Virus record (IMG/VR): IMGVR_UViG_3300017527_001322
Coordinates: 1,843-65,842 of that record
DNA length: 64,000 bases
Strand: one strand, 5' to 3'
Origin: a virus
Lineage: Duplodnaviria > Caudoviricetes
The notes below the pieces were generated by a model. It saw only the letters and a list, made by a program, of their open reading frames with translations. It made no database searches and had not been told where the DNA came from. Shown here in pieces: positions 17,431-28,541 of the stretch (positions within the stretch are counted from its first letter, which is position 1; every line of letters begins with the position of its first letter). Both the position numbers and the translations under genes were made by a program.

Positions 17431-20400
17431 TTTCCTCCAGCAGTCTCTTGTATCCCTCGACCTCAGACATGAGGGATTCCATTTCCTCGCGCATTGCCCG
17501 GCGCTCTTCGTATGCCTGCCAGATTGCGCCTGCATATAGACGCTGTAGCTGTGCGCCGTTGACTAGCCCACCCTCTGCCCGAGGGGCGCCGAGGATGCCG
17601 GCCTCAACCAGGTCTGCCTCATTATACCTCAAAAAGTCATCAAACTGCGAACGAATCATGGTGTCCGGGCTGGTGACCCTGGTGAACGTCCGAGCCAGGT
17701 GGGCGTCATCATACTCATCAAACGCTGACCCGGTGCCGTCGTAGTGATAGTCTCCATTGCCCTCAATGAGAAACGCAGTTGTGTCGTAGTTCCTGACAAC
17801 AAGGATATTCGCGTTTGAGGCGTGGTTGGTCCGGGTCGTCGTGCTTTTCAGCGCGGGTCCAAGTATGATATTGCCCAGGCTGGATGTGCTCTTGGCGGCT
17901 GTGTCTTCCGTCGTAGCGACCGAATTCACGACAAAGCTGTAGGTTGCCTCAGACGCAGACAGAACCTGAAGGCCGCCACCTGTGGCGCCTCCAATTGATT
18001 TCAAGAAAGCTCCATAGGTGTCCGTCTCCATAAATGCCGTTACGCCATGGCCTACGTCAGAAGACTTTAGTGCCAGGATGTGGTTGTCAGCACCGCCCTG
18101 GTTGATGCTGATTCCAGAAGTCATATCCCCGTTGGCGTTGTCGTTGATGTACATCTTGCCTGCACTGGTGAACGCGAAATCGGAGGCATCGACCAGAGTT
18201 GTGGAAGCATTAAATTTCAGTGCATCACCATCGCTGTCATCAATCCCAATGGTCCAGTCAGTGCCACCAGTATCAAAGGTGATGATTGGGTCATCTGCAT
18301 TGTAGATGTAGACTGTACCAGTGGCGGGGTCGGTGCCAGTTCCCCCAACGTAGATACCGCCACCAACCCTGACATCATTTGATGTCCACAAGTCACCATC
18401 GCTTGCGGTGGTGCTTGTACCACCAACATAAACTCCATCCTGCACGCCAAGATTACCGTTCGCACCACTAATGATGACCCCGACTGCTGTGCCAGCGGCA
18501 AGTGTAGTCAATCCATCATTTGTGCTTATGAAGAGAATTTTGGGAGAAGCAGACGCCGTATTGGAAATCTCCAAGCCCTCAACACTTGTTCCAATAGACC
18601 AATCCGGGGTTGCGGTGTCTCCAAAGAATAGGTATGGAGAGTCTATGTATAAGCCAGCCTCATTTATTATAACCTGGCCACTACCGCCCGACAGCTCGAA
18701 ACCTCCATCTGTATCGTATTTCAAGTAGTTGCTGCCACTATAGTCGCCAATCCCGATTCCGTAGTAGTCATTTGCGCCAATGCCATAGGCATTCCGCATG
18801 TTCCCTATGCGAGTAACCTCTGTCTGCCCGTTGTAGGTGGTCCCAACCTCTTGAATGCTGATGCGTGGAACCTCTTGGTCTGTCCCAGCATCATAGGACA
18901 TCATTTCAATCCAGCCATCACCATCATAGCCAAGCAGCCCAAAGGGAGCACCTTGCGCCCAGGTATTAGCCCCGCTTCCGTCCTCGTCTCTATCAAAGTT
19001 CCAGGTGGTGCCACTCACAAAAGATGTAAGCTGAATATACTCCACCTGGAGAGAGCTGCGAAGAATGATAAAATCATCTACAGCACCAATATCTTCATTA
19101 AAGCCCAGGTCAGCCTGAGTAGCCACATCGCTGATAGCAGCAGGTAATGAACTGGCATACTTGGGAATCATGTGCCAGCCACCCGTGAGGGTGATAGTAT
19201 TGAGGGCAAAGACTATAGTATCAAGCTCAGAGAGCCAGCCTTTGCGCCAGAGTAAAGTTGAGCTGCCTAAGTCATAGGTGTCCGTTGTAGTTGGATAAGC
19301 ATGCCCCGTAACATAGAGGTTATCCGAAGGAGCCAGAGTTAAATCATTTGCTGTGGTACTGATTGTCTGGGCATCCTGGAACTCCAAGTCTCCGTCGATA
19401 TCCACATTACCACTGACATCAAGAGCTACTGTGGGGGCGACAATGTTGATGCCAATCCTGTTGTTTGACAGGTCGCCATACAAGACGCCACCGATGTTCA
19501 TTTCGTAGGTGGCATCAACGGCAGAAGGCTCAAGGTCATAGCCGATGAGAATGCAATTGCTGGCCGTGGTAATATCAGCGCCAGTAGAGCCACCTATCAG
19601 AATATTGTAGGAGTACGAATTGGCTGAGGTTCCTTCTCCTGCCGCGAAGCCAATGCAAACGTTGTAGTCTCCATCTACATTGTACCTGCCTGCGAGACTG
19701 CCGAGGTTCATGTTGTAATTTCCAGTCTCGTTGTACTGCCCCGCGCCTCGGCCTCCAGCAAAGTTGTTCACGCCCATGGTCACACTTTCAAGGCTGGTAG
19801 CACCAACGGCCGTATTGTATGCCCCGGTAGTAATGGCCTCAAGGGCGCTGTAGCCGACACCCGTATTGTACAATCCTGTATCGCCAATCGCATGTGTCAA
19901 GTTCCCTAGCCCAACTACCCCCTGGCCTAGAAGTGTATTGGTTGCGCTTTCTGCCCATCGGTCAGTGACCAGGTCGCCATCAGCAGCCACGGCAAGAATC
20001 ATATCCCCGCCATCATCCTGCCACTCTGTAGCGTAGGCAGTTTGAGAGGCATATTGCTGGATGATGAGGGACTCAACTGCTGTCCCGCTAGATTGAATGT
20101 GAACCTGGCCACCAGGTGTGGCGTTATTCACCCCAACATAGGCGTCCATAATATTCACTTCATCTGGAGTCTGGTCATCGAAAACAATGCGGCCAGCGGC
20201 TGCGCCTAATCCAATCCACTCATCATCAGCCATGGTGATATTGCCACCAGAGAGGCTACCGACAGACAGTGCGCCGGCAACAGTCAGGTCCCCGTCGATA
20301 TCCACATTGCAATCGTAGGTGGCCTCACTATTCTTGATGTAGAGAGTGGTATCCGCTGAATCATCTGTGGCGTCAATAGTCATGTCGCCGGCGTATGTCC

Positions 20401-20530
20401 AGGTCGAGCCACCAAGTGTGCCGGCAGTAGCCGTGCCCACGCCACGACGGGTCAGGAGGACAGCGATTTTTTGTGCATCTTTCTCTATGTTCGCCCTACC
20501 CAATGGGTCATTTGTCATCACGGCCTCCAA
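17408..20530 (-). CDS. tail fibre / receptor-binding protein
   Basis: 1040 aa, G/T/D-rich; NTxxGxxA beta-roll repeats; C-terminal chaperone-like region with a coiled coil. Confidence 0.8.
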   Translation of the reverse strand: MEAVMTNDPLGRANIEKDAQKIAVLLTRRGVGTATAGTLGGSTWTYAGDMTIDATDDSADTTLYIKNSEATYDCNVDIDGDLTVAGALSVGSLSGGNITMADDEWIGLGAAAGRIVFDDQTPDEVNIMDAYVGVNNATPGGQVHIQSSGTAVESLIIQQYASQTAYATEWQDDGGDMILAVAADGDLVTDRWAESATNTLLGQGVVGLGNLTHAIGDTGLYNTGVGYSALEAITTGAYNTAVGATSLESVTMGVNNFAGGRGAGQYNETGNYNMNLGSLAGRYNVDGDYNVCIGFAAGEGTSANSYSYNILIGGSTGADITTASNCILIGYDLEPSAVDATYEMNIGGVLYGDLSNNRIGINIVAPTVALDVSGNVDIDGDLEFQDAQTISTTANDLTLAPSDNLYVTGHAYPTTTDTYDLGSSTLLWRKGWLSELDTIVFALNTITLTGGWHMIPKYASSLPAAISDVATQADLGFNEDIGAVDDFIILRSSLQVEYIQLTSFVSGTTWNFDRDEDGSGANTWAQGAPFGLLGYDGDGWIEMMSYDAGTDQEVPRISIQEVGTTYNGQTEVTRIGNMRNAYGIGANDYYGIGIGDYSGSNYLKYDTDGGFELSGGSGQVIINEAGLYIDSPYLFFGDTATPDWSIGTSVEGLEISNTASASPKILFISTNDGLTTLAAGTAVGVIISGANGNLGVQDGVYVGGTSTTASDGDLWTSNDVRVGGGIYVGGTGTDPATGTVYIYNADDPIITFDTGGTDWTIGIDDSDGDALKFNASTTLVDASDFAFTSAGKMYINDNANGDMTSGISINQGGADNHILALKSSDVGHGVTAFMETDTYGAFLKSIGGATGGGLQVLSASEATYSFVVNSVATTEDTAAKSTSSLGNIILGPALKSTTTRTNHASNANILVVRNYDTTAFLIEGNGDYHYDGTGSAFDEYDDAHLARTFTRVTSPDTMIRSQFDDFLRYNEADLVEAGILGAPRAEGGLVNGAQLQRLYAGAIWQAYEERRAMREEMESLMSEVEGYKRLLEENIGTEAE

Positions 20531-22200
20531 ATCATAGGCTCAAAGTCACGCTCGAACGGGTCTTCTATCTCAAACTCCAGGGCCTGGGCCTGCGCAGCCC
20601 AGATATCAGCCTCGCTCAGAGTAGAGGTCTTGGGCACAATTCGCCCATCCGAGTACACCACAACCTCGTCGACCCAGCTATCCCTAATGTCCAAAAAGGG
20701 CGAATCATACGGCGTGCTGGAAACCACATAGTCCATATCTCGGAAAATCGCTGGCTGGACCGCCCATGGATTCACCGGCTCAGTGTCAGCCAGCTTGGTG
20801 TAGATTTTCCCGCTCCGAATGTAGTACCATGGAGTAAATCCAACCTGGTCAAGGTTCAGGCGCCTATCAGTTGTCACGTAGGCCCGGTAGTTGTTTTGCG
20901 ATGCGTCACCCAGCACAACGTTATTCATGATTTCGTCCCAGGCCCTGGAATCCATCGACGGTTTCATGTTCACCTGGGTTGTGTTTAGCGCCAGCCTCCC
21001 TCGGCGAAGATACTGGCAGTCACCGGCGCCTTCGTCAGTCCCGCCATGAAGAGGAGCAAGGCCGGCAGTGGTACCTACCATGTCTTCAATCCATTCGTAA
21101 AGATTGCCAGTGCTGTTGTCCCCATGCTTGACGTACATCCAGTTGGCTGTGTGGACATAGCCAAGGACGGTCACTCGCAACTCAGACCTTGTCGATTGGC
21201 CAATAGCCATCGCCCGAGGCCAAGAATCCTTGGTGAGCTTGAGTTGCGACTGGGCATAGTTATCAGCAGCCACCTTTGGCAAGTTATCAGATGTGAGACG
21301 GAGCTCCTTCTTGCCATATTTCGCAATGGAATTCTTTATGTTTCCACTGTCATCAATGAGGTCTGTGTGTTCATCAGTCTCGAACACAGAGGGGCCCCAC
21401 TCCAACACCTCCGCATCGTCAAAGTATGCAGCCTGGCCTGACTGTGGGCCGCCATAGCAATAGAGAAGAATCTCCCCGCCTGATGGCCCAAACACCGGAG
21501 CGTATGTCACCTGCCCCCAGGTCGTGCCAGAGGTGACGCTAGAGGGCTTGATAATCCAGTCGGAGTCATTTGGGTCCCTAATCCCAAACCTGGCCGGGCC
21601 AGCCTCACCACCCGCCCCGCCCCGGCACCATATGGAGACCTGATAAACTCCACCACCGGACACATTGATGTTCTGTCGCAAGAAATTGCTCTGGTCATGC
21701 CCGTCATCTAGGCTGCCGGAACCAGTCACTTTCGCTGACCAGGTCCCGGGGTCTGTGTGGTCTGTCACCTCCTCTGTGGCAGAAACCGTACCTTCCGAAT
21801 ACCAACCAGACAGGTTCCCCTCTTCAAAGTCATGATTGCTGACCATATTGTCCCCACCATACGCCATTTCAGTATAAGTGGTTGACACAGAATTGAACAT
21901 GTCGTCGAGGGAAACCCGCCGCCTGACACCGTAATGGTTCAGGTCCATCTCAAAGACCATCCCCTCCCAGGTGGTCATGCCGCCAGCACGCTCCACTACA
22001 TGAGAGCCGAGCCAAGTATAGAAATAGTCCAACTTCTCCTCGTCAGTGCCCTCAACAGTGAAGGTCCCCTTCCAGAATCCACCGTTCGCTCTTGTGGAGC
22101 GCTTCCAGTCCCTGGCTTTGGTGGTCAGGCTTGTAAAAGTCCTTGTCCCACCAGTCAGGCCCAGGATGTTTGGGAAGAGCATCAGGTCGTAATTGTACAT
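20518..22200 (-). CDS. baseplate hub (Tal-like) protein with a CBM insertion
   Basis: position after Dit; 'NMVSNHDFEEG...W...YFDD' CBM4/9-like domain. Confidence 0.7.
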   Translation of the reverse strand: MYNYDLMLFPNILGLTGGTRTFTSLTTKARDWKRSTRANGGFWKGTFTVEGTDEEKLDYFYTWLGSHVVERAGGMTTWEGMVFEMDLNHYGVRRRVSLDDMFNSVSTTYTEMAYGGDNMVSNHDFEEGNLSGWYSEGTVSATEEVTDHTDPGTWSAKVTGSGSLDDGHDQSNFLRQNINVSGGGVYQVSIWCRGGAGGEAGPARFGIRDPNDSDWIIKPSSVTSGTTWGQVTYAPVFGPSGGEILLYCYGGPQSGQAAYFDDAEVLEWGPSVFETDEHTDLIDDSGNIKNSIAKYGKKELRLTSDNLPKVAADNYAQSQLKLTKDSWPRAMAIGQSTRSELRVTVLGYVHTANWMYVKHGDNSTGNLYEWIEDMVGTTAGLAPLHGGTDEGAGDCQYLRRGRLALNTTQVNMKPSMDSRAWDEIMNNVVLGDASQNNYRAYVTTDRRLNLDQVGFTPWYYIRSGKIYTKLADTEPVNPWAVQPAIFRDMDYVVSSTPYDSPFLDIRDSWVDEVVVYSDGRIVPKTSTLSEADIWAAQAQALEFEIEDPFERDFEPMIWRP

Positions 22201-22206
22201 AGTCTC

Positions 22207-23583
22207 CTACCTGTAAGAAGTCCAGCGAGATTGGTATGTGGCCGCCAGGGTGACCGTCTCCCCTGCGACGTGAGAGCTCGCACCTTGGCCAGCGAACACA
22301 AAGACCCCGCCTTCAACAGGTAGCCGCCAATTCCTCGCAGCTATACTTGGACCCTCGTAGACATTGGCAGGAGATGGCTGGGTGCCGGCTGAAATAAGCG
22401 TCCCTCCCTCAAGGGTCTGAACATTGGCTATGTTGCCACTACCGATTACCGCATCGGTGAGATACAGCATCCGCTCGCTTGGTATCATCACCAACTCTTC
22501 TATGTAGAGGGTCCCAGAGCCAGTTATCAACTCAGCATAAAAGCTCAGCTGGAAAAGCCTGCACCAGGATGCAGTATAACCGGCACTGTAATGTGACCAG
22601 CCAGGAATCTGTATCTCGCCCACGGGCACGTACTTATAACTGCTGTTGTCAACAAAGACCTCATTGTGAGGTATCTCATCATTGTAGCCGCTGTACACCT
22701 TTATGCCTGCAGTGCCGCCGCCGCTGATGTAGCTCCTGGCCAAAACGAGATAGCGCCCTGTTTGGTGGTCAAAGTCTGTGTGAGCACATACGTCGTCGAC
22801 GGTCACGTAAAAACGCTTAATCAAACTGGCGTCATTGGCAAAATCTATCTCCGCAGCACCACCAGAAAATGTGGTATCATCAGTGTCTTCCACGGTCCCA
22901 TCATCGACATCCCAGACAGGCTCGAAGTTCGTGTGCCCATCGTATATCGGCCTGACCCCAAGCCAGGCCTCTGTCAGCGAGCCGGCAACGGTAAGGTCGG
23001 TAATTGTCGTGGTGGATATTCTGGCCGGAGCATTCCCGCCGACTGCAGTATAGGTTTGTGTGCCTCCCCCAGTACTGGTGGAACCAGTGAAAAGGCTGGC
23101 CGGAGACGCAGTAGGCTCCCAGAGCGGATGCCGAGACAGACTGAGCACTATCTTGGACACCTTGTTTCCATCACTGCCACCAGAGAGCATAGAATTAACA
23201 CCCGGCATCGTTGGCATATAGAAGGAGCCCTCGTAAAGAAGGGTTCTCTTGGCCGTCTCTCCGTCAACATTCCACTCAAGCCACCAAGACTCGTTGAATG
23301 GCTCCGAATGGTTTTTCCTGATACCTTCGAGGGCATCGGCTATTGCATCCAGGCCAGAGCGAATATTGGCTGGGGTGTCAATGGCAACCAGTGTCATCGT
23401 TTCCACTACAATTTGGTAATTCTTGAAGTTCTGTACTGGGTTCATCGGGTCTTTGTAGCTATACTGGTTGTTCATCGCCGGAGTTCTTGTACGCCAAGAG
23501 CCCGGCTCAAGAATAAATGTCCCAGCCAGAAGGTCAACTGTGGTGCCCTGACTCTCAGTGGCAAGTCTCAGTACGTCGGCCAT
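22207..23583 (-). CDS. distal tail (Dit-like) protein
   Basis: directly after the tape measure gene; 'P-x-W' and 'GGNAPA' motifs. Confidence 0.65.
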   Translation of the reverse strand: MADVLRLATESQGTTVDLLAGTFILEPGSWRTRTPAMNNQYSYKDPMNPVQNFKNYQIVVETMTLVAIDTPANIRSGLDAIADALEGIRKNHSEPFNESWWLEWNVDGETAKRTLLYEGSFYMPTMPGVNSMLSGGSDGNKVSKIVLSLSRHPLWEPTASPASLFTGSTSTGGGTQTYTAVGGNAPARISTTTITDLTVAGSLTEAWLGVRPIYDGHTNFEPVWDVDDGTVEDTDDTTFSGGAAEIDFANDASLIKRFYVTVDDVCAHTDFDHQTGRYLVLARSYISGGGTAGIKVYSGYNDEIPHNEVFVDNSSYKYVPVGEIQIPGWSHYSAGYTASWCRLFQLSFYAELITGSGTLYIEELVMIPSERMLYLTDAVIGSGNIANVQTLEGGTLISAGTQPSPANVYEGPSIAARNWRLPVEGGVFVFAGQGASSHVAGETVTLAATYQSRWTSYR

Positions 23584-23584
23584 G

Positions 23585-26500
23585 CTAACCTCCCATAAAG
23601 GTGTTCAGGCGCTCTTCTCTTTGCTGCTCGACAATCGCCAGGGCCAGACCGGCAGCGCCGGCACTGTTGACATTCCAGTTGTGATACTCGGTATGTTGCA
23701 CCTGCTGGCCTGGGTATTGACCTGCGCCTGGCAGGCCAGACATCTGCAGCGATGGCGTCAGGCTGCCCAGAGACCTATTCATAGACGCAGATAGAGCGCC
23801 AAACGAGTTCTCCCAGCCCATCTTCAGGCCGGCAACCCAGTTTGCAGACTCTTCGGCCATGAGCTTTGAGGGCGAGTCGGACTTGAAGAAGTCCCTTATC
23901 CCCTGGATGATGCTGGGCAACTGGCCGACAACCCACTTGACAAAATTGTCCCACTCATCCTCGATTCCTTGCTTGATGCCCTTGACAAAGTCCCCACCAA
24001 GGTCGACGAGCTTCTGTATCTCCCCCTCGACAGCAGAGGCAATGTCCCCAGGCATAGCCTTGAAAGCATCGATGATGTCATCTATCATGTCCGGGATGAT
24101 GCTTTCGCCGATTAGCTCTTTGTAGAGACCCTCAAACAGCGCAATCGCATCAGCGACAAAGTCAATTATCGGCTGGATAGCCTCATCTATCGTGATGGAC
24201 TCTTCGAGGTCACCCCAGAACAAGTCCCATAAGGCCTTGACTTCTTCAATTAGGGGTGAGCTCTCCCACCAGCCCTTGACTCCCTCCAGGAAAGAGTTCA
24301 TTGCAGATTCACCAGCAGGACCCAGGTCTATGCCGGACTCGCCAGTGAACTGCTCATTTATTTTCTGGACAATCCCACTTGCAAATCCGGCAAACCACTC
24401 GCCAAGAGACTCCAGGGCCTCGTCTATTGTTATCCATTCGCCTATGCCGCCCCAGAAGAGTCGCCATGTAATCTTAACCTCTTCAAGAACCTTGTCCCAA
24501 TCTATATTTATTGGCTCCAACTCAAGCGCAGCAATCTCAGATTGAAGAAGCGCCTCGGCTCCACTTATGAAATTCTTGATATGCGGTATAGCACTTTGCT
24601 CATCACTCGCTGTATCCACCAGGCTCTTCCAGAATTCATCACTCCAGCCTTCTGGGAACACCTCATCCCAATTTATATCCGGGAGAGCCGTCAAGAAACC
24701 CTGCATACTTTGCCTTAGAGCCTCTTGCTGCTCCTCACCAGTTCCAAATCGGTCCTCCTCCCAGACACCACCGAGCTCTTCGAGCAACCATTTGTCTATT
24801 TTTGCGCCGAGATTGAGATGTTCCAGGTCCGGGTCGGCAAACACGGCAGCGAACCTCTCCCAGTCACCAGCAGCAGCTTCCATCATAGCGGCCAGCTTGG
24901 AAAGGTCTGCCTTGGCCAGGTCTGCCAGCGTTATTACGAGGTCGCCCAGAATGTCGCCGAAGGTTCCCAGGACTGAATTGCCCTCTGGAAGGTTGTCTAG
25001 GACATAATCAAATAGCACCTTGAGCGAATCTCCCATTCGCCCCAGAGAGTCGCCAATGGATGACAGTGAATCTGTTAAGTCGTCCTTGTTGTCAGTGAAC
25101 CAGGCAACAATTTTCTCCCATGCCCCACCGATGACAACATCGTAGGCATTCTCTATGGCAGCCATGGCAGTATCGACGGCTGTCGCAAAGGCCCCCAACC
25201 CGTTCACGATATCGGTGGCAATCGCCTCCAGGTCTACGTCTGTCCCAAATAGGGCATTGATTGTTTCGGTGCCCCAGCCCAGGAGCTCCTTGGCGAGAGT
25301 CTCCAACTTGGGCTTTATCAGGGTCCAGATACCATCAAGCGCTTCACCGATTTTTGTCTTGATGGTGGGCCACAGTTCCTTGAATTCCTCGATTGCCCCT
25401 GCAACACCCTCATCCTGGAAGGCGGTGATGATGTCCCCGAAGAGGGCGGATATGGTATTGAGAACACCGGCGACACCGCTCTCTTCAAAGTCATTGACAA
25501 TGTCCTCGAAGAAGCCGGTGATTTTAGAGATGGCATCCTTGATGTCGTCTTCCCAAATCACAGCGATGGCGCCGATGGCGGCACCGAGGCCAATCAGAAG
25601 CGCGATTGGCGATGCCAGGGCACTGGCAAGCGTGAGAAGTATGCCAATAATGGCTCCGCCGGCAAGGACGGCACCGACCCCCTTGAGCATCCCGGAGAAT
25701 ATGTCCCAGTTCTCATTTGCCCACTCCAGCGCATCTGTGAGCTTGGGCAAGATGTCATTGGCCAGGTCCGTCAAGAACTCTGCAATCCCACCACCCTCTG
25801 ACTCGGCGTCCAGGCCAAATAGGTTCTTGAAGAATTTGTATAGCTCTACTACAAATCCGGTTACGGCCTCACGGTCTAGGCCCATGGCCAGCAGCAGCTC
25901 CCTAAACCCGGCAGCTATGTTCAGGAAGAAGTCCTTGACATCGAGCTGCACGAGCTCGCCGAGGGCAACCATGAATGGCCCAAGAACCTTGGTCAGCTTC
26001 TCGCCGATTTCCGCAATCTTGCCTGACTCCAGCGCATTCCTCAGTTTGTCAAAGGCAACGACCAGTATCTTGGACAGCTTGTCCAGGGTGGGGCCAAGAA
26101 GGTCTGCGCCGAGAAAGAAGAACAGGTCCTTCAGGTTATTGCGCATTCCGGTGAATGTCTGCGTCATGCGCTCCGCAGCGCCACCGAAGTATTTCTGGGT
26201 GTAGTCCTGGAACGCCTGGGCCAGGTCCTTGTAGTCTAGCTTGCCGGCCTTCATCTGGTCCCGAACCTGCTGGATGCTCATACCCAGCGTGTCTTCGAAG
26301 ACAGCCGCCAGGTCAACACCAACCAGCTTGAGCTGCCGGAGGTTGATGTTGGTCAAGTCGCCGGCAATCACAGCCTGGGCAAGGTTATACTGCATCCTGT
26401 CCAACTGCTCGTTGTTCAGGCCAAGGGCGGCAGCCATGTCGGTGACTGATTCGGTCATCCCAACAGCCTCACTGCTGGTGGCGCCGAGCGCCATGGCGAA

Positions 26501-27163
26501 ACGGAATGTATCAGCTATCTGATTGAACTGGTACGGAGACAGCAGGGATAGGTCGCGCAACTGGTTCAGGAGCTCCAGCGCAGGGCCCTTGGCCTGCTCC
26601 AGCGCAACATTCAGGTCCATCTGATTTACCCTGACCTTCTCAGAGGTGGTTGCCCAGGAGCCCTCCTTGTCCTGTAGCTCCCCGATGCGTGCGCCGAGCT
26701 CGCCAAGGTTGTATTCCATCTCAGCCAAGTCTGCAGTGTGCCGCTTCACATCCAGGCGGTCCAGACCACCATCTGCCTGGGAAAGCTCAATAATTCTTTG
26801 CCTTGTCTCTTGAATTCTGGCGGCGAGCTGGTCGTAGTCCAGCATCTTTTTCTGGAGCTCTTTGCGCTCGCCCTTGGAGAGCTGGACCATTACCCTGGAG
26901 GTGACTAGTGCCTCATCTCCCCTGGCCATCTCCCTGGCCAGCAAGGTTTCGAGGGCGATGGTAAGCTCCTGGAGCTGGGAGGCAGCGTCAATGCTCTCAA
27001 AGGCAATCTTGCCTATGCCTACAGCAACAAGACCGAGGCCGGCAGCGAGGGCTGCGAGAGAAATCCTGCCTAGAGTTTTCAGGCTTTTCCCTAGATTGTT
27101 TATCGTCTTGACGCCAGATTTGTCCTGGCCCTCAACGACAATTCTCAGAACATATTCAGCCAT
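23585..27163 (-). CDS. tape measure protein
   Basis: 1192 aa, helical; 'SPYQFNQI...QTFTGMRNNLKD' tape-measure motif; hydrophobic segments; periodic Trp. Confidence 0.92.
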   Translation of the reverse strand: MAEYVLRIVVEGQDKSGVKTINNLGKSLKTLGRISLAALAAGLGLVAVGIGKIAFESIDAASQLQELTIALETLLAREMARGDEALVTSRVMVQLSKGERKELQKKMLDYDQLAARIQETRQRIIELSQADGGLDRLDVKRHTADLAEMEYNLGELGARIGELQDKEGSWATTSEKVRVNQMDLNVALEQAKGPALELLNQLRDLSLLSPYQFNQIADTFRFAMALGATSSEAVGMTESVTDMAAALGLNNEQLDRMQYNLAQAVIAGDLTNINLRQLKLVGVDLAAVFEDTLGMSIQQVRDQMKAGKLDYKDLAQAFQDYTQKYFGGAAERMTQTFTGMRNNLKDLFFFLGADLLGPTLDKLSKILVVAFDKLRNALESGKIAEIGEKLTKVLGPFMVALGELVQLDVKDFFLNIAAGFRELLLAMGLDREAVTGFVVELYKFFKNLFGLDAESEGGGIAEFLTDLANDILPKLTDALEWANENWDIFSGMLKGVGAVLAGGAIIGILLTLASALASPIALLIGLGAAIGAIAVIWEDDIKDAISKITGFFEDIVNDFEESGVAGVLNTISALFGDIITAFQDEGVAGAIEEFKELWPTIKTKIGEALDGIWTLIKPKLETLAKELLGWGTETINALFGTDVDLEAIATDIVNGLGAFATAVDTAMAAIENAYDVVIGGAWEKIVAWFTDNKDDLTDSLSSIGDSLGRMGDSLKVLFDYVLDNLPEGNSVLGTFGDILGDLVITLADLAKADLSKLAAMMEAAAGDWERFAAVFADPDLEHLNLGAKIDKWLLEELGGVWEEDRFGTGEEQQEALRQSMQGFLTALPDINWDEVFPEGWSDEFWKSLVDTASDEQSAIPHIKNFISGAEALLQSEIAALELEPINIDWDKVLEEVKITWRLFWGGIGEWITIDEALESLGEWFAGFASGIVQKINEQFTGESGIDLGPAGESAMNSFLEGVKGWWESSPLIEEVKALWDLFWGDLEESITIDEAIQPIIDFVADAIALFEGLYKELIGESIIPDMIDDIIDAFKAMPGDIASAVEGEIQKLVDLGGDFVKGIKQGIEDEWDNFVKWVVGQLPSIIQGIRDFFKSDSPSKLMAEESANWVAGLKMGWENSFGALSASMNRSLGSLTPSLQMSGLPGAGQYPGQQVQHTEYHNWNVNSAGAAGLALAIVEQQREERLNTFMGG

Positions 27164-27172
27164 GACTGGCTC

Positions 27173-28060
27173 CTATGAAAACGCCATCGCCACCCAGATT
27201 GCGCTGGGTAGCATAATCCTTGTCTCACGTGCCCTGACCATGGTCCAAGCAGCCAGGACCCAGACCAACGCGAGCCATGATGTCTGCGCCAGAGGTGTGC
27301 CCCAGGTGGAAAGCGCCACGATAACGATGGCCACTGTCCACAGCAACGACATCATCATGCCTGTGTCTCGTCTTTTCATCATCTGCTTCAGGTCACTGGC
27401 GTTGTAGACACCGGACGCAAGAATAGACACAATTCCAATCCAATAAAGCAAGAGTGGCGGCCTGTTTGCCTGGCCGCGCCATGCCCTAAGACGTATGACG
27501 CGACCTCCCCAGCGCTCATAGTATAGACCCGCTTTCCCCTGCCTTATATGCACAAGCCCCCAGACGACGACACCTGCCACTGTAGCCATAACGAGGGTTG
27601 GGCCGCCTACGAACAGAGCAATTACTGGAGCCAGCAGCACGGTTTCCTTGCTGAATGCCCACAGAGTTGCCCCAACCAAAGCCATGACCGGCTCACCGCT
27701 GAGAATCATAGCCACAGCGGCCACCTCTACATAGCAGTCCCAGTAGTCGAACTCAAAGGTGGCCGCCATGGCAATGGCGAAAACCAACAGGCCTGCACTG
27801 CTCACCAGTGGCTCTACAGCCAGAATGGCAAGCAGTATAAGCAAGGCTTTGATGGCAAGATACACCTGCAGCCGCACACGCCTCGGGATGGCCCACAGTA
27901 ACCATGGAACAAGCACCCTGTAGCGCATCGGTGCGCTGGATGTGCGGGTCAGAACCCCCTGTATAGCACCGTAGCCATTGAAGGTTGTCCCGATGTTGCC
28001 CTGGCTGGCCCTGAATTCCAGAAGAGCCAGGACTGAGACCAGGAGGATTATACTCATCAT
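27173..28060 (-). CDS. polytopic membrane protein (GT-C-like?)
   Basis: about 8 TM segments; 'PMRYRVLVPWL', 'KET' and 'ETR' motifs. Confidence 0.7.
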   Translation of the reverse strand: MMSIILLVSVLALLEFRASQGNIGTTFNGYGAIQGVLTRTSSAPMRYRVLVPWLLWAIPRRVRLQVYLAIKALLILLAILAVEPLVSSAGLLVFAIAMAATFEFDYWDCYVEVAAVAMILSGEPVMALVGATLWAFSKETVLLAPVIALFVGGPTLVMATVAGVVVWGLVHIRQGKAGLYYERWGGRVIRLRAWRGQANRPPLLLYWIGIVSILASGVYNASDLKQMMKRRDTGMMMSLLWTVAIVIVALSTWGTPLAQTSWLALVWVLAAWTMVRARETRIMLPSAIWVAMAFS

Positions 28061-28287
28061 CTCCCCCTGGCCCCAGCTCTCTGGCGCTCTAGTATCTCGC
28101 GCTTTTCACGCACGAAACCCTCCGCGCTTAGGAACTGCAGATGTTTAAGGACTGTGCTGAAGGGGACCTCCCGGAACTGCACCGGTGTGCAGTGGTATAC
28201 ATCCCGGCAGAACACGAATTCTATGTACTCGGTGGGCGGGGCACCGTGTCCCCAAAGGTACTCGATTACCCGCCCTCTGAGTTTCCC
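28057..28287 (-). CDS. tail assembly chaperone -1 frameshift extension (gpT-like)
   Basis: slippery G GGA AAC at 28287-28281; the -1 frame stays open to TGA at 28059-28057 and includes 'YHCTP'. Confidence 0.8.
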   Translation of the reverse strand, partial: GKLRGRVIEYLWGHGAPPTEYIEFVFCRDVYHCTPVQFREVPFSTVLKHLQFLSAEGFVREKREILERQRAGARGR

Positions 28288-28520
28288 TCATCGTCCTCAA
28301 AGTTGACCGCTCCAGTGATAGCGGCGATGATGTCTTTTAGCTTGGTGATTGGCAACTCGCGAAAGTTGTCAACACCCTCGATGGTGGCCACCCTGTCGAT
28401 GAGTCCGTAGAACGTACCGATGCCGCCAGGCTCAGACATACTCGCTGTCTGCTCCAGCGTCTCAAGGTCGCCAATGGTCATTTTGTCCAGGTCAACGTGA
28501 ACGACGATTTCTTCAGGCAT
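28266..28520 (-). CDS. tail assembly chaperone (gpG-like)
   Basis: follows the major tail gene; ends in GN at the slippery site. Confidence 0.8.
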   Translation of the reverse strand: MPEEIVVHVDLDKMTIGDLETLEQTASMSEPGGIGTFYGLIDRVATIEGVDNFRELPITKLKDIIAAITGAVNFEDDEGNSEGG

Positions 28521-28541
28521 TCATCCTCCGTTATTGGTCGA

